A stretch of 64,000 bases of DNA, from contig OZ038378.1 of assembly GCA_964036045.1 (NCBI GenBank), positions 158,658,001 through 158,722,000 on the forward strand, read 5' to 3'. Shown here in pieces: positions 1 through 12,684 of this stretch. The number at the start of each line of letters is the position of its first letter. The first letter of the stretch is position 1. Origin of the DNA: Eutreptiella sp. 'Long Island Sound 2002'. Taxonomy: Eukaryota; Protista; Euglenida. Position numbers and translations under genes: made by a program. The notes beneath the pieces are model-generated. The model did no database searches and was not told where the DNA came from. It was given only the letters and a program-made list of their open reading frames with translations.

Positions 1-534
1 CACAAATCTGGGTTCTTATGCTGGCGCGACGTGCATCTGTGTCACCCTAATCAGCAAAGCGCTGAGCAGGGAGAGGTTAGGCGACAAAAGTTGTGCATAA
101 CTGGGGGGGGGACAGAAAATTTCATGGGAGGAGAGGTGACAAGGGGTAGCTGGACAGGGGAAGAAGTGGGCGAAGTGGTAAAAAAAAATGGATCCTCAGC
201 GAGTCTCTCTCTTCTGTTGCCGTCAACTTCAGCGCTGGCCTCAGCTCAGTCCAATCTGCTTTTGGCACCAGAAAATTTCCTGATGCAACTTGTCTGTTCG
301 CGTGGGTGTCAGAAAAGGCCACTCGACAGCAATTATTACTTCCAACCACCCTCAATTCCCCGTCAGCACCAGGCCACATCCCCTGGCAAAATACTTCTGA
401 GCCCTTCACCAAAGTACATCGAAAATTTCAGAAAACAATGACACTGCTAGTGCCGCGTCAAATGCCCCCCCCCCCCCTTCAAAAAAATAACCTACGGCTA
501 GCCGTGCATTATTCCTTAAATACCCATGAGCCAT

Positions 535-872
535 TGGGGGAATGTTTGCCCAGCATGCGCCCGGCGCATCCCCGGCGCGATACCTTTGTATTAAGTATCC
601 TATCTCTAGCCCTAGGGAAATCCCCCAAGTAGACCGCACTAGACCGCAAACCTTCCCTGGAAGGCACCTTGCATAGGCCGAAATATGAGAATTCAACAAC
701 ACAAAATGTCACTCCCACTACTTCCAACCACCACCCTTGCCATCATCATAAACTGGGTACAAAGGATGGGCCAGATTCTTAGACACGGCGAGAAGGTACT
801 CCAAATTGTTTGGTCAGGGGTGGCAAAAACAGGCACGGGTGGGGGATGGTTAAAAAAAAGCTGCCCGGCGCG
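535..872. repeat. Dispersed repeat, copy 1 (copy 2 at ~59588-59931, same orientation)
   Basis: Long shared stretches visible in both places, e.g. ctttgtattaagtatcctatctctagcc, cacaaaatgtcactcccac, aggatgggcca.attcttagacacggcgagaaggtactccaaattgtttgg. Boundaries approximate. Confidence 0.9.
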
Positions 873-1989
873 CTAATACACCCCCATTGAAACCAGTTGT
901 ACTGACAAATCACACTGTAGTTTGGCACGTGCGCGCAATGCTCAGACCAAGCACCCCATACCCACCCTTCTGACACCACATCCTCCCCACTCCCCTCCAT
1001 TCGTTGGCATTGTGGACTCGATCGCCCTTGAATCACGCAGGAAAGGACCACTAGCGACTGCTGTTGGAGACCCGCCAACCTAAATCGATCCATCAGCAAC
1101 ACCTTCACTGAATGACCAAGTGCTCAATGAATCCGCCGTCAGTCCAGAGCGAGTGCAGGCAGTTTACCAAAAACACAAAATCCTTAATCATGAGGCCTGC
1201 CCTGTCTCCGACCCTTCCTGAGATCCCTCACCCCCGCCTGCTTCCCAGCTTACGGCCACACTGACAGCATGCATCTGCTTGCATTCATCAGGTTCTTTTA
1301 TTCTTTTTGGGTTCAGACCAAGATGGGCTGGCGTAGCCCGCTCACTTCACAGTACTCGAGACAACCTCTTGGAATCAAGGTTCAGAGCTGCCCAGTGCTA
1401 CGATGATCCCACAAATGACTGTGGTAGCGGATCTGACACGTAGTGTGGATTAACTGAGTCTCAAACCAGGTTATGCACTGGGAGACTGCCAAGCCCGTAG
1501 GCTGGCTTGCATTCATCAGGTCCTCATTTGTGCACCTGCCCTGCCATCCCACTTAAATTACCCCCGCCCTCTTTTTTGCAGTCTAAGGTAATCTGAGATT
1601 GGCCTGCCACACGGGGGGGGGGGGGGGGATCGAGGCCACTGCTTCAACAAGGCCCACTGGACAGGCACACTTGCCCTGCCATGCATCGCAACATGCCTCC
1701 TTGTCTTCCTGCTCAACCAGGCAACAAAAACGCCACCATCTGCCGAGCAGCCTCTCAGCAAGTGCTGTTTTGTTTGTCTGCATCTCTTCTGCTTCACTGG
1801 TGTTAGTTAGGACTTGGGTCAAGAACTAGAGGCCTTTAATGAGAATTCAGGAACTGGAGGCATTTATTGAGAATTGGTTTGAACTTTGGGCCACACAGAG
1901 TTACAATGATGGTTTTTTTTTGGGGGGGGGGGTCGTGGATGTGTGTGTCTTCGTGCTTGCACTCGTGTGTGTGTGTCTCCGTGAAGATG

Positions 1990-3390
1990 TGCTTCACAAT
2001 TTTTCCCAGGTCTCCCGGTTGAGCTTGTATGGCCACACTGGCGTCCTTGGGTCGGGTCACTCCCCATTTGGTGAGGCCCACGGTGCAGGCCAAGGGTGCG
2101 TCCCTGTGTTGCCCCTCGACCAGTGCGATATGCACTTTAGGCCAGACCTTGGCTCGCTGCCCCGGGACCACCCTGGAAGTGGGGTGTTGGCTCCGTGGCT
2201 TCCGCCGGGCCAGCTCCACAGTGGTAGTTCAACAAGCCCATCATTGCCATGTTGCCCCACGTGTTGTGTGTGTATCTGGGCCGTCTCCGTGAAGACGCCA
2301 CATCAGTGTGGGGCCAGGTCCAAGCAGATTGCCGCACCCTGTGTTCACCACAACTTCCGTGTGTGTTGGGCATGTCTGTACCAGTATCCTCCAACAAGGG
2401 GGCAGACACTCATGTGTGGCACAGATTCCATGGGAGGGTTGTTCCACAGCGTGCGCACTGCATGGACGGGGCACTATGTGCGTATTTGGGGAAACCCACC
2501 AGATGGGACACCCTCTGAAACGGCCCACCACCTCTTTACAGCACAGTAATGTAGCAGCACAGCATGGCAATGTAGCAACACAACCAGGTATAATAGCTGC
2601 AGTCTTCAAACGTGCAACAACATTCTCGAGCCTTGCATGCATCTGTTGGTAGATATCTGATCGTTCATCCTTGAGGCTGACATCGATGGGTGCTACACTC
2701 ACACACCACAGGTGCGCCGCGGGGAACACCGCAAGCAACGTAGGCGCCGCGGGCCAAGAATAATTCTCCTACAAACCAAAAACACCAAAACCTACAACAA
2801 CAAGAAAAAACCACCATTCCACGCCATTCGGGGTACTTATTCGCAAAAATGGTCAGGGGTGCACATTCGTACATTGGTCTATACAACAGAGAAATTATGG
2901 GAATCCTTGCAGTCCACCGCATCGGGCGCTACTTTTTTAGATACACTTGTCTCAGAAAGCCTCCCAACTGACCCCCTTCCAAACGATCGTACCAGACAAG
3001 CCTCTAAGAGCCCAATTGTATCATGTTGTTCCCTATTACTACGGTTCATTGGATTCGCTAACCACACAATAGCCACCTCTCTCGTCCTTTGAATTGTGTG
3101 TGTTGCAGGGGTGGACAGGGTGCTAGTGTTGCAGACTACAACTCCTTGGTTTGGTTTGAAGGCCAAACAATTGTGAGCGCATTGCACCCCCAACACCCCC
3201 AACTCAATGTGGAAACGGTGGTAGGGAATCGCACCCTAGTTTCATTGACTTATTCCACAGGCACACTTCAAGAACCGCAGTGGGACCCCCCCAACCCCAA
3301 ATGCCTACCCAACCATTGTACTCAATCCACCGACCAATCTTGTCCTACAACAGCAAGCTGGCCCTACATGGCCATTGCGTCATGAACGTG
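1990..3390 (+). pseudogene. Probable decayed 3' part of a non-LTR retrotransposon ORF2
   Basis: Broken frames with a zf-RVT-like remnant (ETAHHLF..C at ~2517-2550) and W/P-rich fragments resembling other decayed fragments in the window (~8000-8500, ~16500-17100). No intact RT. Confidence 0.35.
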
Positions 3391-4802
3391 CTGGTCATAA
3401 CGTGATGGTTACAATGTGTGTTGGGGGGGGGGGGGGGGCAAGACCCCCCCTGATGACGAAATGACGATTACAAAATGTGGCAAAGTTTGGCCAATTTTGA
3501 CCACTGTTGACCCTTGAAAAAATCATTTTTGACCTCCACCAAATACATCTTTGTGTTCTGCACAATCCGCTAATCAATGTGATGGGTCTCATGACATTTT
3601 TTGAAAGAAATTTTTTTCAAGATTTTGGACCACTTTTGGTCTCCCAGAAAACATTTTGGCGGCTTTGGCGCCAAAATTTACCCTTTACCATAAGAGAGAC
3701 AAAGGAGTTTCATAATCATCATTTCATCATCTCGGGCCCCTCAGAGCCCCCCTCACCCCCCTACCCCCACCAAAATGGACACACATCACTATTATATCCA
3801 TCCCTGCATGGTTCCACATCATCGTAATCCAATCTCTGCCTACAAAAGACAACAAGGTGAAGGTGGGTGCAAATGGGGCGAAAGGTGGTGAAAAGGGGGT
3901 GAAAAGGTTGCGCAGCACTGCGGTCGCATACCAACTGTGTGTCGACCGTGATGGCCAAACCCCTCAACAACAACAACAGAATGGAACGGACTTTTCACTC
4001 CAAAAGGCCCCCGTAGCTTTTGGGCTTGTCTGGGATTCTGGTTGTCATCGCCGTGGAGACCGCACTGTGCGCGCACCGCACGAACAACATTCCCCATCTT
4101 CCAACGCACCACAAATGGATCAGGCATGCCACTCGGCACCAGCCAGCCCCGCCACAAGACCTTCATTGTCATCAGTTTGGAACGGGACAGGCACCGAACT
4201 CTATCAAAAAGGTGGGGTAGCTTCAAATATTGCACCCCCAAAGGCCCAGGCAGACACTGCCTTGCTGTGAGAGACTGTCGCCGGTGGTTGAGCTGACGCC
4301 TTTGCTTTGCATCACAAGTGCAGTGTCCAAAGCAGATACGGTGCTGTAGGCAGCCGCCTTCAGCACAAGTTCTTATGCCCCTTCATCCCCCCAGCTCACC
4401 CTCCATCTAGCGGCATCTGGCTCCATCCACGCTGGTTCACCCACGCCAGCGGGTTGGGGTATGCCATGAGGGCAAAGAAGTGCAGCCACAAGCCGCGAGG
4501 GCATTCGGAACCATGCGGCACTTAGGCCGAGATCTCCCTCTGGTGTGCCGCGGTGGTCAGGGGTATTTCGGAGCATGAGCTCTGGGCACTGGTGCATGGC
4601 AGGGCATACTGCCCACCATCGGTGCCAGGCCTTGGGTTCGGGCCCTCGACCATGGCATGTCCGCCGCAGCGTGACTGGCAGCGGGAGGCATGTGTACTAC
4701 GGGCCTTGGCGTTCGAACGGCCCGTGGGCACCGAACGCTCTGCAGTGGTCGGCAGCAACCGATGGGACCTGTCGGAGCGGGAAAAAGGTCCATGAGGAGT
4801 CC

Positions 4803-4804
<2 letters not shown>

Positions 4805-4856
<52 letters not shown>
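4805..4856. repeat. (GA)26 microsatellite
   Basis: Directly visible. Confidence 0.98.
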
Positions 4857-4858
<2 letters not shown>

Positions 4859-5893
4859 AGCGGGACTGTGTGACGGGAAACACAGTCCCGCCCCCTGCGG
4901 CTCCTCACAGCACCGCACCGCGGAACGTGGCTCAAAAGGTCAGGTGTGGGCCTGCGACGGCGCTCCAGCCGCGCGCCTGCCTTCACACAGCCCCCCGGGG
5001 GGGGGGGGGGGCATTGGACATCCAAACCGCCCACGGCCATGTCCAGTCGCCGCAGAGAGCGCACGGGTTGCGGGCGTCCGCCGGCCGACCCGCTGCCGCG
5101 TAAGTGAGGGAGGGGACCGTTGCTGCACAAAAGCGTCCCCATGGGGAACGCTGCAACACCCCACCAAAGGACGGGTCACGGGGAGGCAGTGGCCTGAGTA
5201 TGTACAAAGCTGCCGCTTCCTCGGCAAAGAGTGGGGGGGCCCGGGGGGGGGGGCGTGGCCGCCCCTTGCACGTCCGGCGTGGCAGGCGCCAGGGAAGTCG
5301 AAAGTGCGTGCCACGCAGGGGGGGGGGGACTTGCGCCAAACGGAGGATTTCCGGCCCCAAACTCGCGAAACCGATGCACACAACTCGCAAATTCGGACCC
5401 ATCCTCCATTCCATACCCGGAAAGAATAGCAGTGCAGTCGCACGCGCGTCCTCTTAGTCCCGTGGACGCAAAAATTTGGCCACTGGCACTGCTCGAAGGG
5501 GTCCGTCACCCTCTGGAATCACAGCACCCGTCACATGCAGATATTAGAAGAGACGGCGAAGAATCTCTGACTTGTCACGTGACGGGCTGCTGAGGATGGC
5601 GCAAATGTCATGAAGGCATCCTCTGCAGAGCCCCCTCCAGCCCCCTTTCTCCTGCACATGGCTCTGCCTCTCCACAGGGATGCATTAGAAAGAGAGCGGG
5701 GGTACCCCACCCGTTACGTGGGTCGAGCCTGCGACCCGGCCAACTGTACACCCAATAGCAGGTTCAACCGACAGTAACCGCCGCGAGTCCGCTCTGAGCC
5801 CCCTGTCCTTCCAATGCACCCCTGCCTCTCCCTCATCTTCGGCACCTATCCCCTTCACCTCAGCTCCGCCCTCTACCCCAGCTGCAGTCCCTC

Positions 5894-6464
5894 TCAGTCC
5901 AGCTCTGCCACCACAGGCACCGTTGCCCCCTCGGGTCGCACTGGCCCCCGCTCGGGCGCCACCATAGCCGCTTCGCCCCGCGCCGCCAGCTTCACAGGCG
6001 CGCTCCCCCCCTCATCGCCCTGCGCCATCTCCGTGAAGGTCCGCTTCGCGCCCACGGCCGGTGGCGGGGAGGCCCGTGAGCCTGTCGCCGCCTCCGTAAA
6101 CGTGCGGCGGGACTCCGAGAACGCCGGCCGCGAGGGTACCGCCGCGGCCGGGGGCGGGGCCTCCGTAAAGGACATCCGCCCGGCCGCACTGCTCTTGCTT
6201 TGCGGCGGGTCCGGTGCCGCAGACCCGGTCGCGGCGGTCGCAACGCCGACGCCGCCCAGGCGCTGCCGGCGGGCGGCCTCGAGCTGCAGCGCGCGGGCCT
6301 TGGCGGCGCTGTTGAGCAGCTCCGGGTCGTGTTTGTAGGGGCAGGCGTCGCCGCATTTGCAGTCTGGATAGAACTTGCACATGATGTCGTTGCGCCAGTC
6401 TTTGGGGCGATAGGTCATCGTCGGCATCCCGGAGGAGAGCAGCATAGTCATGTACTCCTGGTTC
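5894..6464 (-). CDS. Terminal exon of a CCCH zinc-finger protein with an Ala/Arg/Pro-rich tail
   Basis: CKFYPDCKCGDACPYKH (C-x5-C-x5-C-x3-H) preceded by WRNDIM. GC3-rich codons. Candidate acceptor CCCCCAG| at 6465-6466 (alternative CAG 7 nt downstream). Stop TGA at 5894-5896. Tail has short 'RTFTE' repeats. Confidence 0.65.
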
Positions 6465-8727
6465 CTGGGGGCACAACGGGGGCAGGGCGGGAGGCAGGTC
6501 ACAGGCCGCAGAGCGGGACTTTCCTGATAAACAGACAAAGCTGGGAAATAAAAGGGACCCAAAGACCCACATTTTGCGCAAGATGCGAAGTGTCCGGGGA
6601 CCCAGGGACCCCAATACATGGGAGGCGGCCCAAGGATGCCTGTGTGGGAGGGCACCCAAGGACACAAGGGAGGCTTAACGAGGCGGCTTGCACAGGTCCA
6701 AGTCAGCAGCGGGCAAGCCTGGTGTGCAACCCGAGGTGCAATGCGGCGTGAAGTAGCAGGTCCACCCCCGCGCCCAAGTGGCCACTTCACAGATGGCAAA
6801 ACCTCTGGTTCTGTCAAGCATCAAGGTTTATTGGACTGGAGCTCGGTGTGGTGTCCCATGTGTGGGTGGTGACCTGTGGGGCCAAATTGGCACTGCCACT
6901 GGCCAATGATGACCACAACAGACCACAATATGGCCGACGACACCTGGGGCTGGGGAAGGACCTGGATACCGCCCAAGGTTGCGCGACCGGACTGCAAGTC
7001 AGATCTACCAAGGTGTCCACCACCCAAACCACACCTGGTATCGTACAAAGTCCAAATAGCAACTAGTAGACGCTCCCTAGGCCGGCGGTTTGCGCACCAT
7101 CAAAATACGCTTTACTCCGGCGCCTGGCGGTTTAAGGGCAGCTGGCCACGATCGACTGGCTGTTTGCTGCCAATTGATGGCCCTGAGCCACCAGCACCGG
7201 CTGCAACATTTGCTTTTGGTACTGCTTAGTAACCGGTATCTGTGTCATACCCGGGGTTGTAGCAATATATGTAATGCTGGGCTGAACTAATGCGTACTGC
7301 TGCATAAAACAAAAGACTAGGGAGCTAAAACATTGAATTGCTGAAGGTTTCCTTAAGCAGGTGTAAGGGAGCATTTGCCTGGTGCGCGCCCAGCACGCCA
7401 AGAATTCTGAGTTCAGCCCCAGTTTTACCCTCTCCCAATGAATCCCCCTAAGCAGAGCAAAATAGACCTGGCACCGTTCCCTACAAAGCAGAATAAATGT
7501 GACATGTGTTGTGCCAAATAAATAATTTTGTCCACACAAGTGCGTTGGTCAATTCACTCTGCGCAAGAATTTTCATTCATCATTCTTTCAATACATTCAC
7601 CACAAAAGTGTGGTGGTGCGCTTGTGGCAGCATAACTAGTGCTACCTCAACCTCATCCCCTCCATCATCTTGCAAGGCTGCTAAATTGTGCTTGCATTGG
7701 TAGTCTTCCAAACCTGAGGGAAACATGTTCCCAAGGCCCATAAGGGGGTTGAGGGACCTTACTCCAAATACAAAAATTGTGCAAAATGCAACAAAATGTA
7801 GACTGGCTGATACAACTCATTTGGACCTCCATGCGGGGTGTTTTGAGCCAAACCCCAATGCCACAAAGTGGAGAGGAATCAAAGTGGTGACATAACTAAC
7901 CCCCGCTGTCTCGGGGTCTCCAAATTGGGGAGGAACCAAAGTGGCTACGCAACCTCTTCGGTCTCGGGGTCCCAAGGGCGTGGAGGTCTTCAATGGGGTT
8001 TGGCATAGTGCTCATTTCGGCTGAGGATGCTTGGGGCGCTAATGTTCCCTCTTTATCATTGGAAGATTCGTATTGCTACACACCACTGGGAGTTTTCGTA
8101 TGACTAATGTGTACTACTAGGCCGAGATACCATGTTACTCCTTACCGCTGCTGCAGCAAGCAGTGTACCACCTTCCCCTCGGATCTGGCCCCAGCTAGCA
8201 ACATCCGACAAATGGTCCAAGGGACCCATATAGTAGTTGCAATGAGGGAGCATGAGGTTAGCGGTGCTCTACTGTAGCCTCTTGGGGGGGAGCATCAAAT
8301 GGTCGGTAGGCTGAGCTAGATGCCCCCACCATAGACATTTCGTGCCATTGTTCTCCAGCAAATTCCGCACTACAGTGTCCGGGTTGTTGCTAGGCGGCTG
8401 TCGCTGCGGCCTAAATTCTTTCAAGCCTGCCTTATGTATGCACACATGCCTTCGCCCGTTCTCGAGTTGCACTCAGCCAGCCCCTAAATTTTCGCAATGC
8501 TGAGCCCTGGATACTCATGTCCTCAATTGGGCTGAGACTCTATTGGATTGGTGGCGCTAGAGGTCCGCCCCTTGGCGTAGTTGCACCATCCTGGCACCAT
8601 CCAGCCAGTGACCCTCAAGCCCTTCGTTGTGGGCCATGGGTTGAGAAACCCGGTGGTCATAGGTGTGATTAAGGTTAGGTGCACACAACACACAGCCGTA
8701 CAGGGGTGGGGTCTCACCAGGGCATAT

Positions 8728-8981
8728 AGCAGGTCAACAAAACGCTCCACACACGCACGTCTTGGTATGCATATGCAGCAATGTCCAGCAGTCCAAACAT
8801 GAATCCACTCCGCCACCAGCGGACCTTCATATGTACAAATGTCAAACTCTCGCTCCTCCATCGCTCAGCCATGTTTTGTCGGCCAAAACCTCCAGCCTAA
8901 ATGCTACTGTACATAGGGGCATTGGTCTCCAGGACTTCACATCAAGCTTGCGGGCTGCTGGCACTACCGTGGCCAACTTGT
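8728..8981. repeat. Dispersed repeat (second copy ~12338-12572)
   Basis: Shared agcaggtcaacaaa.cgctccacaca.gcacgtc.tggtatg.atatgcagcaatg and ttttgtcggccaaaacctc.agcct ... gtggccaacttg. Confidence 0.85.
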
Positions 8982-10279
8982 TGTGCCACCCTTGAGCGGG
9001 GGGGCGGGGTTGACACCTGCATCCCTCATTACTGCAAGAGATTGTAGACTTTGTGCCCACTTTGTGTCCCGGTTGACCGGATTGATCGCTCATACAAACA
9101 TTCTGCGGGCCCGGGGGGCTGTTGTTCGGTTGCTACCAGCTGCAGTGAGTTCAGCAGCCGCTTGGATGCCCTCAGGGACATAGGCCAAGTTGGTGAACAG
9201 CACACTAGGTGCACACTGCGTGCATGCGCGCAGTGCCGACACAATGAAACCTAGCCAGGGAGGAAGGGGAGAAACCACCCTCCATTTATGCAGGCGTCAC
9301 GAGGGTATTCATGTCCTTGGTAATTGGTGGCCGTGGCCAAGCACAATCTGCTGTTGCATGAGTGTGTTGGAAGATGGTGGCAGCCTTGTGGAGACATAGG
9401 CATTCTACCTTGACGTGATTGGGGCCCAACTTGTAGCAATATGCAGCACTATGCAGGCCGTTACTGATAAGCCATGCTCCTGATTCACGATGATCCGAGA
9501 GTGTGGATGGAGGGTTCAAGTGCTGGCTCATAAAGAGAATCCACAAAGACATTGTTTCCTAGAGATGGCAAGGCAATGACCATGAAGGTTGGAATCCGCT
9601 TTGGAGTGTGTAACAACCCACTTGCCGATTTGTTGCATTGTGAATGTACACGACATCCGGTGATTCCCCATCATCATGATCCAGTATCCACTTATAACAA
9701 AGAACGTGCAACAAAACCGGGTAAAAATGGGCTAAAATGGCTGAAAATGGGTGAAAATGGGTGGCAATTCAAACGTGCCACATCCTCCATCCACAAGAAG
9801 CAAAGAAGACATCTGTCGTAGAACAACCAACTGCTGAAAAAAAGGCCAAAACTAGGGTTCAAGTAGTTGCCGACATACAAAAGTGTGCACTGCGTGCGCA
9901 CTGCGGATGCACTGCGTGCACAGCATTCCCATAAGGGCGTCAGTCACCAGCGTGCAGAAAGGAGTGGCGGCTGGGGCCCACTGGTGTTCTGTTCCGGACA
10001 TCCCATTGTTGTGGTGGGGGGGTGCTTGACTCTTATGTTCAGGTGCTGCAGCGTGCACGCCTCTACACCCGTTAACGGTGTCCCCTGTGCTTGTGGTGTC
10101 GCGCGTATGGGCATGTGTGAGTGTGTGTGTATGTGTGGTGTAGGGGTGTTGCTGTGGGGTGGTGGCTCCTCGTCCTCATCGGTCACATCTACCTCCGGAA
10201 AAGAATTTCTTGTTCCTCCCTCTCCTCCTCCTCCTCCTCCCCCTCTGATCAGCCCACCAGGGCTATGGACATGTGGCCA

Positions 10280-10600
10280 ACCACAAAGGGGGTATTTTCG
10301 TCGCCCCACATCAGCCAACAGGTCTGCCCGGTCCTTGCCCCTCATGTCAATGTGGGGCGGCACTTCGAGCCAGTGGACCTTGTGCCGCTCAGCTTGTATA
10401 TTTCTTCCTAGAGGGAGGGGGGGGGGTATGAAAAGAGCACCACACGCAGGCATGAACAGCACAACGCAAAGACGCAATGGTCCAGTATTGGCGGTTCCCA
10501 TTTCCCATTGTGCTCACTCAACTCCTCCCGGGATGCAGACCAAAAAGAGGTTCCCACAGGTCCCAAAGGTGACACCAATAGCGCATGCATTCAAATCTCT
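10280..10600 (-). pseudogene. Decayed RNase H domain, probably from a non-LTR retrotransposon
   Basis: KVHWLEVPPHIDMRGKDRADLLADVGRRK matches the RNase HI C-terminal motif (W.KVP.H...GN..AD.LA). An upstream fragment in another frame reads VSPLGPVGTSFW. Confidence 0.6.
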
Positions 10601-12684
10601 GCCCAAAACCTTGGACCCGATGGCTGCCTAGGGCCCACCACACTTCGCTTTCCGCAACACATGCACACTGCATCCAGTGCCCCCCATGGGCCTCATGGGC
10701 CCCATGGCGCGACAGTTTTCCAATGAGAAAGAACACCACAACGCGTCCTGCTCTCCGAGGACCCATGCGGGCCTGCCACACACCTCTTGGCGAGCTCCTG
10801 CTGTCGAGCTGCCCAGGCAACGAGCTTGTCATTGTTCCCACTGGGGGCCGGCGCCTTCTTGGCCCCAGGCTTGTTTGACATGGCGTGGCCGTGGCTCAGG
10901 AGGCACAATCAGAAGCTGTGGCAGACAGGGGAATTGCAGTGATGACACAACAAGGGAGGTGACACAAAGAGCTGTGTTGCAGCAAACGCTTCTGGTGGTG
11001 GTGGTGTCATGGAGACAAAATAGCAGTCAGAGCGATGATGGATGGTTATCATCATCCTCTGAAATCACTCCAATAATCAGCTCTGCCCACAATGCTTGTG
11101 TTAGAAACTGCAATCAGCACAACAAACGACTGCTTTTTTGGTGCTGCAGCGCAGCTGAGCTCTCGGGTGTACACTTTGAGTAGTTGAGGTTTACCCAATG
11201 TTGCCTTCCGTCCGCCCATCAGTCTGTCGAATGCATACATTCAAGGGGGGCCATGAATCAATAGCCACCTTTCTCAGTTCATTGTTTTGCCTTGCTGCAC
11301 TGCAGCACAAACCAGAACAGTGCCGAATGTTGGCTTGAGGTCACCGTGCAGGGCAGCTATCGGCCAAGGGCAGGGGGGGGGGGCAGAGCAACAGCGGCAC
11401 CGTGCACCCAGGCCCCTATGGGTCAGCTTCAATCTCCCGAGGGTGTTTGGTGGGGGGCCACAAACAGCTCGATGCATCACTCAAGGTCCAGGAGAACATC
11501 GCAGCATGGCAATCATTGAGGCACTCTGCGCTAGTGCCCGATATAGTCCTGAGTTGGTAACTAGCACTACCGGATGTTTCCAGGCCTGGATTGTGGTGGT
11601 ATCCATGTGTGGCCATGACGTCAGGTTTTGAAATGACCAGCATGATCCTGACCTCATGCGAGGTTCAAGGGCGGGCGGGCTTTCACTTCCGGGGGGTTGG
11701 GGGGGCGATAGAGCCCTCTGGCCGGACCTTCCCCCCAAAAGGGCTCAATTGACGGGACCCCCAAAATCCTACTGAGGCTGACCCCCGGGCCTCGGAGGTG
11801 ACCCAGACCCAAAAATCGGAAGTCATCATTTGCCATATATTTGGTGAAAAAAAATTTGACCAATTGTAATGCTCAAAAAAATTTTCGGCTCCTTTGGCGC
11901 CAGAGTTCATAATAACTGATTAATGGTGCCTGTCAATTGAACCCTTTTCCCGAACCCCCTCCCCCAGTTTTGGGGGGCTCTATCGACCCCCCCCCCCCCC
12001 CCGGAAGTGAAAACCCGGCGCCCCCAATCTGTTCGACCCCAACCAATACCAGAGGCCTTGAGTTTGCCACTCATTTCTGGCTAATGATTGCTTCTTGGTC
12101 AGGTTGGGTTCAGCTCCAGGATAGGGCACGCCCAAAGTCAGTATGTCTAGGCCCCACCCCCACCTGTAAGCCCCTGTGTGGTGCAAACTGAAAAACTGTC
12201 TCTCGATATTGTTCCGAAATCCCCAAAACAATCCCCAGCTTCCTCCCATGTCCAGTCCACTTGGGGCATCAGACCAGGCTTCACTCTTCGATGCATTCCA
12301 TCCAGTCATTGTCATCCATGTGAGGGGGGGGGCGCAAGCAGGTCAACAAAGCGCTCCACACATGCACGTCATGGTATGTATATGCAGCAATGTTCGGCAT
12401 TTCCATCATACTCCATTCAGAACCAGATAGTCATCAAAGCGTTTTAGACTGTCATTGGCCATCTTTTGTCGGCCAAAACCTCTAGCCTGCATACTACTGT
12501 ACAACAGATGATCCCGGTTCTCTGGACGCAGCATCAAGCTTGCATGCTGCTGGCACTCCAGTGGCCAACTTGACACGTGTCTCAGGTTCTAAGGGGAGAG
12601 GGGGTTTGTGTGTGTGGGTATACGTTACCAAATTACTGCCATGAGGAGCTAGTCGCTAGAGGCGACACGTTCTGGGACGTCGCC

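Noticed and set aside
3449-3466. Hammerhead ribozyme core (CTGATGA-C-GAAA)
   Set aside because: Only one nucleotide between the core boxes, so stem II cannot form; no flanking stems I/III.
10784-10881. First exon MSNKPGAKK... with a GTGTGT donor
   Set aside because: Phase is incompatible with the next candidate exon, and the region lies within an RNase H/LINE remnant.
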